Positions 18,261 to 25,449 of a DNA stretch of 64,000 nt are shown here, piece after piece. The stretch comes from Candidatus Altimarinota bacterium (lineage in GTDB: Bacteria > Patescibacteriota > Gracilibacteria > UBA4473). Each line of letters opens with the position of its first letter. Positions within the stretch are counted from its first letter, which is position 1. The position numbers and the translations under genes were made by a program. The stretch is from positions 416,571 through 480,570 of the forward strand of contig OZ246423.1 of NCBI GenBank assembly GCA_965231215.1, given 5' to 3'. A model generated the notes under the pieces. That model worked only from the letters and a program-made list of their open reading frames with translations. It did not search any database and had not been told where the DNA came from.

Positions 18261-18293
18261 CTGATGATTATTTATGTGATCATCGGTTTTTTT
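18261..18293 (+). terminator. terminator-like hairpin + U7 in the nusA 5' leader (possible attenuator)
   Basis: The stem ctgatgat (18261-18268) / atcatcgg (18279-18286) encloses a 10-nt loop and is followed by ttttttt (18287-18293). It lies 30 nt before the nusA ATG. No upstream plus-strand gene exists for it to terminate. Confidence 0.4.
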
Positions 18294-18322
18294 AGGAAAA
18301 ATTAAATTTCTTTACACACGCC

Positions 18323-19609
18323 ATGCAAAGTCAGCTTCAAGCCGCAATTAATCAGCTCTGCGCTGAAAAAAACCTAGATCAAACTATCGTCATTGAGGCG
18401 ATTGAAAAGGCTATCGCTTTAGCCTATAAAAAAGATTTTGGTTCTCCACGACAAATTATAAAAGTTGTTTTAGGAGATGATATTTCTCAGATGCGGATCT
18501 TTGAAGAAAGAGAAGTCGTAAAAAAAGTAGAAGATCACGACCTCGATATCACCGAAAAAGACGCCAAAATTATTCGGCCCGATGCCAAAATTGGAGACAC
18601 TGTTTTTGTTCCCATTCAGCTTACCGAAAACTTTGGAAGAATTGCCGCACAAGCCGCTAAACAAGTTATTTCACAAAAACTCAACGAAGCTGAACGTGAA
18701 ATGCTTTTCCAAAAATTTAAAGACCGCGAAGGGGAACTGCTCACCGCCAGAGTCCAAAAATCTGATCATGATGCAGCCCTTATTGAAATTGAAGGTGTAG
18801 CAACCGTCCTTCACCGAAGACAACAAATCCCTGGTGAAAAATACTTCACTGGACAACGAATTAAAGTTCTCCTTGAAAAAGTAGAACTCACCTCAAAAGG
18901 GCCTCAACTCAGAATTACTCGGGCTACCAATGAATTTATCATTGCCCTCTTTGAACAAGAGATTCCAGAAATGCGGGAGGGTCTCGTATATATCGCCAAA
19001 ATTGCCCGTGAAGCCGGCGTACGATGTAAAATGGCCGTAGCTTCAGATGATCAAGGAATTGATCCTGTAGGCGCCTTTGTAGGACAAAAAGGATCTCGAA
19101 TTAATGCGGTTATGGAGGAAGTTGGAGATGAAAGACTCGACGTAATTCAACACTACGATGACCCAAAGAAAATGCTCCTTGCCTCTCTATCTCCAGCTAA
19201 GATTGCCAAAGTAGAATTCTTTACTGGAGAACAAAACGAAGACCGAGTAAAAATCTTCGTACGAGAAGAAGAAAGAGCTATCACTATTGGTAAAAAAGGA
19301 CAGAATGTTCGACTCGCTGGGAACCTTATTGATATGCAAGTAGATGTGATCACTTACGATGGTCCTATCGAAGAGGAAGAAGACACCGCCAAACCAGTAG
19401 AAAAAGTAAAAAAAGAAGTAAACGAAAATGTAACTATCGACGAACTCAGTGGTGTAGAACCAGAAGTCATTGAAATGCTCAAAGAACTTGGACTTTCTCA
19501 AATCAAACAATTTGAAGGCCTCAAAGCTGAAGAACTCGCTGAAATTGGTATTACACTAGACCAAGCTAAAGCGGTTATTAGAGCCGTAGAAAAATACCTT
19601 AAAGGATAG
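18323..19609 (+). CDS. nusA: transcription termination/antitermination factor NusA
   Basis: The track ORF of 428 aa has NusA layout: N-terminal domain, S1-like region (GELLTARVQK...), KH region (GVRCKMAVASDDQGIDPVGAFVGQKGSRINAV) and a C-terminal acidic/HhH-like extension. Confidence 0.93.
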   Translation: MQSQLQAAINQLCAEKNLDQTIVIEAIEKAIALAYKKDFGSPRQIIKVVLGDDISQMRIFEEREVVKKVEDHDLDITEKDAKIIRPDAKIGDTVFVPIQLTENFGRIAAQAAKQVISQKLNEAEREMLFQKFKDREGELLTARVQKSDHDAALIEIEGVATVLHRRQQIPGEKYFTGQRIKVLLEKVELTSKGPQLRITRATNEFIIALFEQEIPEMREGLVYIAKIAREAGVRCKMAVASDDQGIDPVGAFVGQKGSRINAVMEEVGDERLDVIQHYDDPKKMLLASLSPAKIAKVEFFTGEQNEDRVKIFVREEERAITIGKKGQNVRLAGNLIDMQVDVITYDGPIEEEEDTAKPVEKVKKEVNENVTIDELSGVEPEVIEMLKELGLSQIKQFEGLKAEELAEIGITLDQAKAVIRAVEKYLKG

Positions 19610-19623
19610 TTTATGCTCGAACC

Positions 19624-19881
19624 ATGGAAGTCCTAAAAAAAAGCCAAAAACTTCAAATGTTCATAAACTTTTTTTTAGCCCTGTTCTATTTTGTGGCTAT
19701 ACAATTTTTGATGGGAATCTTTGTCGTTTTGGCACTAAAAGTACAAGGGAAAGAAGCCTACGCGGCGTTAGAAGCCCTGGAAGAGATTGACGTTATAAGT
19801 TTTGTTTTAGGCGCTGTTATTGTAGGTATAGCTTGGTGGAAATTTAAATCTCAGTTTTTTATTCAACCTCACACACAATAA
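19624..19881 (+). CDS. small membrane protein (2 predicted TM), unknown function
   Basis: Track ORF of 85 aa with hydrophobic stretches FINFFLALFYFVAIQFLMGIFVVLAL and ISFVLGAVIVGIAWW. It overlaps the 3' end of the convergent gene by 23 nt. Confidence 0.45.
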   Translation: MEVLKKSQKLQMFINFFLALFYFVAIQFLMGIFVVLALKVQGKEAYAALEALEEIDVISFVLGAVIVGIAWWKFKSQFFIQPHTQ

Positions 19882-20755
19882 CCTTATCAACCGGTTGATC
19901 GTGTCTTTCTGTTGGCACTTCATCAACAAACCCAAAAGCAGGAATAATGCTTACAGTCGGTGTCTGTGGATTTAATTGCAAAATAAGACGATCATAAAAC
20001 CCTTTCCCTTTCCCGAGTCTTTGCCTGTATTTATCTATCGCTGTAGAGGGAACTAACACTAAGTCCGTCTTTTCGGGGAATATCCCTTTCCCTTCGGTGA
20101 CAGGTTCTAAAATATTAAAAGTACCAGATTTCAGATCTTTATAGTTTTGAATCTCAAAAAAAAGTAAATCATCGGCTACTACTTTTGGGAAGAAATACTT
20201 TTTCTCAGGAAATGCCTGCATGAGCTCACTCACAAAACAAATTTCACGACTCATTTGAGGCGCATAGGCAAATACCTTATCAGCTTCTAAAAACACCGAG
20301 TCAGTTGAAATCTGTTCTACCGCTTTTGTAGCCAGATTTTTTGCATCTTCTAATGAGAGATTTTTCCAGAGGTTAAAAATATGTTCACGCATAAAATGTT
20401 TACGGGCCTGAATCACATCTTTTTCTATCTGAGTAAATAACTGGTCAGCATTTTGGAACTGTTTTACCTCTCGTAGTTTTTTCCCTACTTCCACTCTAAG
20501 TTTCTTTCCATAAATATCATCACTGAAATCCAAAATATGCACTTCAGCAGAAAAATCCCCTCCAAAAGTTTTACGCGCTCCAAAGTGAAGTAATCCATAA
20601 CGTTCGGTTAAAGGTTTAAGGGGCCAAAAAACCTTAACCAGATATACGCCCTCCTCTAACGCTGGCACTTCAGAGAGCAAAAGATTAGCCGTCGCAATAC
20701 CAAAATGACTCCCTACTTGTGACCCCTGGATAACCGTCGCTTCAAATTTCATCAC
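19859..20755 (-). CDS. fusion: riboflavin kinase domain + 5-formyltetrahydrofolate cyclo-ligase domain
   Basis: The N-terminal ~125 aa show RFK motifs (GSQVGSHFGIATANL ... AEVHILDFSDDIYGKKLRVEVGKKLREVKQF.NADQL..QIEKDV). The C-terminal ~170 aa are MTHFS-like (VFAYAPQMSREI...FPKV...ILEP...DLVLVPSTAIDKYRQRLGKGKGFYDR). Confidence 0.75.
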   Translation of the reverse strand: MMKFEATVIQGSQVGSHFGIATANLLLSEVPALEEGVYLVKVFWPLKPLTERYGLLHFGARKTFGGDFSAEVHILDFSDDIYGKKLRVEVGKKLREVKQFQNADQLFTQIEKDVIQARKHFMREHIFNLWKNLSLEDAKNLATKAVEQISTDSVFLEADKVFAYAPQMSREICFVSELMQAFPEKKYFFPKVVADDLLFFEIQNYKDLKSGTFNILEPVTEGKGIFPEKTDLVLVPSTAIDKYRQRLGKGKGFYDRLILQLNPQTPTVSIIPAFGFVDEVPTERHDQPVDKVIVCEVE

Positions 20756-21060
20756 CAGAATTTTAGAAAAAATAAATGAAACTTCAATTACTCCTCTTTC
20801 AATTTTAAAGCCGCAATCTTCGCCACTAGGGGCTTATTAAAAGCCGTACCTACAGCCATATATTTCTGTCTTACCTAAGATTCAAATTCCCACCAAGCAT
20901 GACCCCAGTAAGCTTTTTAGCCTTTACCTCAGGCGTTAATACCTCTTCAGTTTGGGTAGACAAAGCCTCCGAACCCTACCGGCAATCATCTAAACACGCC
21001 TCTAATTTCTCTGTTGAGCCTGGAGTTATTTTCGTTCGTATGCCTTCAGGTTTAGACATC
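20756..21060 (-). other. ~300-nt non-coding, helix-rich leader or ncRNA upstream of the RFK/MTHFS gene (class unassigned)
   Basis: I found no credible ORF here. The minus-strand RNA shows nested complementary segments (aggcgt...acgcct enclosing ggtag...ctacc, and ggctt-ttaat-aagcc). It begins just downstream of a TGnTATAAT promoter. Confidence 0.3.
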
Positions 21061-21065
21061 GCACC

Positions 21066-21097
21066 ATTATACCACAAATATAGAAATTTTTGCACTT
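21066..21097 (-). promoter_or_regulatory. extended -10 promoter (TGGTATAAT) on minus strand
   Basis: The minus strand reads gtgcaaaaatttctatatttgtggTATAAT. TATAAT is the complement of 21066-21071, TG is at -15/-14, and the -35 is weak. It lies about 30 nt downstream of the miaB-like stop. Confidence 0.45.
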
Positions 21098-21125
21098 TTT
21101 GTTTAATGCTTAAAGATTGAGGCTT

Positions 21126-22514
21126 TTAGCTAGTCAAAACCTTTAACCCCGTATGCCTCTTTTGTGTTTTTTTAACTTCAGGCAATTCACCATGAAGCAC
21201 ATAGCCTTTCTGATGTTCTATTTGAACTTGAACGGCTTTTCCTTTGAGTGGTCTTCCCGCCAAAAACCAAACTTCAAAAAACTCACGACTCCTCCCTACG
21301 TTTTTATAGAGACCATTTCCGGCCGGTTCTGATTTTTCTACCAAAACCTCTAACCTTTCCCCCAAAAATTCAGCTCTCCGAGCAAAAGCCGTTTCTTTAA
21401 TAATCGCATCAAAGGCATGAAACCGTTTTTTCTTCTCCTCCATCGCTATAAAGTCTTTTTCCATTCGAGCCGCTGGAGTGTGGCGCCTTGGCGAAAAAAT
21501 CGCCGTATACGAAAAATCAAATCTCATCTCCCGTGCAAAATCACAGAGGGCTTTAAAATCAGCTTCCGTTTCCCCAGGAAACCCTACGATAATATCCGTT
21601 GCCAGAGTCGTATCTGGCATAGCGGTTCTAATCTGTGCGATAATATCTTTATATTTTTCAATAGTGTAATTACGATTCATAGCCCGAAGGGTCTGATTAC
21701 TTCCATGTTGGACTGGTAGGTGGATATACGGACAGCTCGTTTTCATAGTAGCCAGAGACTCAATCACATCCTGAGTAAAGTCTTGTGGGTGAGCAGAAGT
21801 GAACCGCAATCGCGAAAGCCCTTTCTCATGAAGCCTATCAATAGCCAAAAGCAATTCAGCAAAACACTTAGAACCCTCTATCCCATCTTTATAGGAGTTC
21901 ACATTTTGCCCCAAAAGCGTAATTTCAACCGCCCCCGCTTCTACGTGAGCCTCACACTCTTTCAACACTTCTCCTAGAGGCCGTGAAATCTCTCTTCCTC
22001 GGGTATAAGGCACAATACAGTAAGTGCAAAACTTATCACATCCCTGCATAATGGGAACAAAGACCTGAGCTTTATTTTCTACCTTTGGCACAATATTAAA
22101 ATAATTCTCTACTGATCCATTCCCAAAGGTTTCAGCAAAGGGAGAAAAATCATGGTCTGGGAAATGCGCTTCAAGCAGCTTTGGCACCCGGGCTGTATCT
22201 TCAATCCGAAAAACCAAATCAATGGGATCATACTGCAACAAATCATCCTTAGATGATTGCTTGTCTCCGGTTTGACGAACCATGCATCCGGTCACCGCTA
22301 TCTTCATCTGTGGATGAGCCTTTTTTTCGTTTACCATAAATCCGTATGCCTTATCCTCAGATTTTTGTCTTACAGAGCAGGTATTAACAATCAAAAGATC
22401 GGCTGCTTTCTCATGAGATCTCCTAAATCCAGATTGTTCTAAAACCTTTGCCACTCTTTCTGAATCTGAGTGATTCATCTGACATCCAAAAGTACGAATT
22501 TGGTAGGTTTTCAT
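21126..22514 (-). CDS. miaB: MiaB-family radical-SAM tRNA methylthiotransferase
   Basis: It has the N-terminal UPF0004 motif (MKTYQIRTFGCQMNHSDSE), the radical-SAM cluster motif CDKFCTYC and a C-terminal TRAM-like region, in 462 aa. I cannot resolve MiaB from MtaB/RimO subfamilies by eye. Confidence 0.8.
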   Translation of the reverse strand: MKTYQIRTFGCQMNHSDSERVAKVLEQSGFRRSHEKAADLLIVNTCSVRQKSEDKAYGFMVNEKKAHPQMKIAVTGCMVRQTGDKQSSKDDLLQYDPIDLVFRIEDTARVPKLLEAHFPDHDFSPFAETFGNGSVENYFNIVPKVENKAQVFVPIMQGCDKFCTYCIVPYTRGREISRPLGEVLKECEAHVEAGAVEITLLGQNVNSYKDGIEGSKCFAELLLAIDRLHEKGLSRLRFTSAHPQDFTQDVIESLATMKTSCPYIHLPVQHGSNQTLRAMNRNYTIEKYKDIIAQIRTAMPDTTLATDIIVGFPGETEADFKALCDFAREMRFDFSYTAIFSPRRHTPAARMEKDFIAMEEKKKRFHAFDAIIKETAFARRAEFLGERLEVLVEKSEPAGNGLYKNVGRSREFFEVWFLAGRPLKGKAVQVQIEHQKGYVLHGELPEVKKTQKRHTGLKVLTS

Positions 22515-22580
22515 AGTTTCTTTGTTTGTAGTTATTTAAAATAAAAAAACAAAATTGACTTTATATGAAAATAATTTATA

Positions 22581-23309
22581 ATGATGCAGATGGAAAAAGA
22601 ACCCGAAACTCTACTAGAAAAAGTATTTCCCCCAGGTAATGAAGATAAACTAGGTGATCATGGTGAAAACCTGAGTGAAAAACCCCCTGTAGGTCATCTT
22701 ATAGATTGCCTAGAGGATGAAAACCTTCCTATAGTTATTAATACCATTAGAGAGCTTAATGAAAAAGGCTTCATAGAAGACTATCACATTAAAATATCTC
22801 CAGGAGGAGATACTATGTTTTATCTAAAATCAGCCGGGATTCTCCCCCAAAGTAAATTAAATGAAAAACAAGCAGAGAGCGTTTCTGGTATAAAAGAAAA
22901 CTGGCCACCAAATTTTAAAACGCTAAAAGCCAACGGAATAAAACCTGACGAATTGTCTCTTCAGGCAAATAAAACTGTAAAATTAATCGTTTTATCTACA
23001 ACACTGAAAGAAAAAACATTTAAAGAAGATTTAGACGCCCTCTGCAAAGAACATGAAACTGACCCTTCTATATTTGAAAGAATTATTGAAGACAACTTAT
23101 CTTCAGAATATAAAGAATGGGTAGCCGTTAATGGAGAAAAATTTCACAAAGAACTTGTAGGGGTCATCAAAAAACACCAGTCAGATCTAAACTCAAAACA
23201 TTCTGATCTTATCATTAATATCTGGAATAATTTTAGTTCCATCCTGTTATTACATTACTATACAGTCCAAGCACAAAAGAAAGTAGAAAAGGCTAGTGGT
23301 ACAGAATAA
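22581..23309 (+). CDS. hypothetical cytoplasmic protein
   Basis: Track ORF of 242 aa. It is charged, has no signal peptide or TM, and shows no motif I recognise. Confidence 0.65.
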   Translation: MMQMEKEPETLLEKVFPPGNEDKLGDHGENLSEKPPVGHLIDCLEDENLPIVINTIRELNEKGFIEDYHIKISPGGDTMFYLKSAGILPQSKLNEKQAESVSGIKENWPPNFKTLKANGIKPDELSLQANKTVKLIVLSTTLKEKTFKEDLDALCKEHETDPSIFERIIEDNLSSEYKEWVAVNGEKFHKELVGVIKKHQSDLNSKHSDLIINIWNNFSSILLLHYYTVQAQKKVEKASGTE

Positions 23310-23370
23310 TCAAAAATTTGTAAGAATCATTTGTGTGCCAACTAAGTATTTGTATGGTGCTGAATGAAAA

Positions 23371-24057
23371 ATGGCACCCAACAAACTTGAAGGAAAAGAA
23401 ATCAACGGTCCAACCGACATTGAATCCCCTGGATTTGAGACCGATGTTCCCCCTTTAGAAAACCCAGTTCACACACTGCTGGAAAGGCTTCAAACAATAA
23501 TTACTGATCCTGATGCAGAACTCCGAGCAGAAGCTCTAGAATCCTCCAATTCGGCAGAAGCTTTAATGATGAACACTATAGATTTTTGTAACAATCCTCA
23601 ACGATCCATAAAAGAAAAAATTCTAGCTATAGAAAATACTTTCAAAAATTTAATGTCAAAATCCAGACCTCCATTAGAAAGTATAGCACTTGTACTTATA
23701 CTTCGTGGAAAAATTTTAAGAGTAGTTTTTGAAGGGGAAGATACAGCTTTTATAGCTGCTTATACAAAACTTGAAAAATCTCTAGGAATTGATCAATACC
23801 AGTTAAAAACCATACATCCTGGCGATGTTCTAGGATTAACCGAAACTTTTGAGGTGGAAGTAAAAGACTCACCGAGAGAAGTCATATATCGTAAATGGGT
23901 AGCTCATCCAACACTTAATAATGGCGAACCATTCCCAGTAAGTCAAACGATACTCTCCGGAGGAGGCCATAAAGCACTCGTAATCCTTGAACAAAACATA
24001 AATCCTGATGGCAGCTTAACTCCTGGGGTTATGAGAAGAATACCTAGAAAAAAGTAA
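23371..24057 (+). CDS. hypothetical cytoplasmic protein
   Basis: Track ORF of 228 aa with no signal peptide and no recognisable motif. Confidence 0.65.
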   Translation: MAPNKLEGKEINGPTDIESPGFETDVPPLENPVHTLLERLQTIITDPDAELRAEALESSNSAEALMMNTIDFCNNPQRSIKEKILAIENTFKNLMSKSRPPLESIALVLILRGKILRVVFEGEDTAFIAAYTKLEKSLGIDQYQLKTIHPGDVLGLTETFEVEVKDSPREVIYRKWVAHPTLNNGEPFPVSQTILSGGGHKALVILEQNINPDGSLTPGVMRRIPRKK

Positions 24058-24065
24058 GATACTGC

Positions 24066-25019
24066 CTAGAAATAAAGCTGACTTACACTTTTTTGCTCTG
24101 CTACATTGTTCATCACATCAGCCAGTAAATCTGCCATAGAAATTTGGTGGAAGTTTTTGGGTGGATTTTCTACGGGCAATGAGTCTGTACAGACAATTTT
24201 AGAAAAATTAGCCTCGGTTAAACGCTCTCGTGCTGGCCCAGAAAAAATGGGGTGGGTCGCACACAGATGAACCTCATCATTAGCTCCAGCAGCAACTAAG
24301 GCCTTTTTAGCCGCGCATACAGACCCAGCCGTATCCACCATGTCATCTACCAAAATTGGCGTTTTTCCTTCCACATCTCCGATAACATGACTGACCTCAG
24401 ACTGGTTATGTTCTGGCCGTTGTTTATGCAATATTGCCATAGGCACCCCTAGTTCATCCGCAAATTTCTTAGCCATTTTGGCGCCCCCGGCATCAGGTGA
24501 AACCACGACTGCATTGTCTAATTTTTCAGCCTTAAAGTAATCTACAAAATATTTTCTCGGGTTGAGATTATCTAAAGGTTTATCAAAAAATCCTTGAATC
24601 TGGTCTGAATGCAAATGTACTGTAACAATATGGTCTGCCCCAGCCTGAACAATTAGATCCGCCATAAGCTTAGCCGAAATCCCTTCCCTCGCTGCATGAA
24701 TTTTATCTTGCCGAGAATAAGCAAAATAGGGCAGCACCACGTGCACCTTACTGGCAAAACTCTGTTTAGCGGCATCAATCATCAAAAACAACTCCATCAA
24801 GTCATCATTCATATGCCCCGTTCGACAAGTCTGAATCAAAAACACCTCCTGTCCTCTAAAACTTTCATCAAATTTTATATACATTTCTCCGCAGGCAAAT
24901 TGCTTTCTGATCATAGGTGAAATTTGCTTCCCAAGCTTGTGAGCAATAGCTTCAGCTAACTGAGGATGACTGGTGCCGGTAAAAATTTTGTAGGGGATCA
25001 TCAATCGAATCATAAACAC
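24066..25019 (-). CDS. prs: ribose-phosphate pyrophosphokinase
   Basis: Motifs seen are KIFTGTSHPQLAEAIA, VTVHLHSDQIQGFF, VVVSPDAGGAKMAKKFA and ILVDDMVDTAGS. The true start may be one of the nearby internal Met codons. Confidence 0.92.
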   Translation of the reverse strand: MFMIRLMIPYKIFTGTSHPQLAEAIAHKLGKQISPMIRKQFACGEMYIKFDESFRGQEVFLIQTCRTGHMNDDLMELFLMIDAAKQSFASKVHVVLPYFAYSRQDKIHAAREGISAKLMADLIVQAGADHIVTVHLHSDQIQGFFDKPLDNLNPRKYFVDYFKAEKLDNAVVVSPDAGGAKMAKKFADELGVPMAILHKQRPEHNQSEVSHVIGDVEGKTPILVDDMVDTAGSVCAAKKALVAAGANDEVHLCATHPIFSGPARERLTEANFSKIVCTDSLPVENPPKNFHQISMADLLADVMNNVAEQKSVSQLYF

Positions 25020-25175
25020 TTAAACAGAAATTCAAAACCTAAATATGCAAACCCGTAAAGCCAACTCCTAAAAAATTCGAAACTAAAGTTCAGTAATAAA
25101 TTTGCGAGTTAAAAAAAATATAACTAGACTTGGGACACAAAAGTCAAAAAAATTCTGTTAAACCCTCTTATCAAC

Positions 25176-25433
25176 ATGAATAAATATCGAGCAATATCCG
25201 GTGTTTGCCTACTTGGTTCGGCCTTTTTATTTTATTCAGCTTTTTGTTTAGTACAATGCGGCGATAGCCATTGTCCTTGGCAGAAATCCGCTTACGCCCA
25301 GAATATAACGGTGGATGTTCCCACTGACTACAACAACCTCTGGTCAGGGAGAAACAGTCCGGAATTTTATACGACTACGCCAGGGGCTAACGTAACTATT
25401 GTCACTCGGGTAGTCACCGGCGGAGGACATTAA
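25176..25433 (+). CDS. cassette 1 small membrane/secreted protein (S1)
   Basis: Track ORF of 85 aa with an N-terminal hydrophobic segment (ISGVCLLGSAFLFYSAFCLV), then Cys residues and the core AQNITVDVPTDYNNLWSGRNSPEFYTTTPGANVTI, ending in GGGH. It is a paralog of 36980..37267. Confidence 0.7.
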   Translation: MNKYRAISGVCLLGSAFLFYSAFCLVQCGDSHCPWQKSAYAQNITVDVPTDYNNLWSGRNSPEFYTTTPGANVTIVTRVVTGGGH

Positions 25434-25449
25434 AATATTTTTGAAAACC

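Noticed and set aside
20756-21075. RNase P RNA, tmRNA or SRP RNA in this gap
   Set aside because: Some segments loosely resemble RNase P CR-I/CR-V (aacuccaggcuc, gacagaaauauauggcug), but the required P4 pairing between them does not form. There is no GGGG...tmRNA 5' end, no tRNA-like 3' end and no SRP GGAA/AGCA motif. I left it unassigned.
20899-21120. 73-aa + strand ORF in the long miaB / RFK-MTHFS gap
   Set aside because: It has no RBS, no motif and an odd composition. The region is better explained as non-coding leader or RNA on the minus strand.
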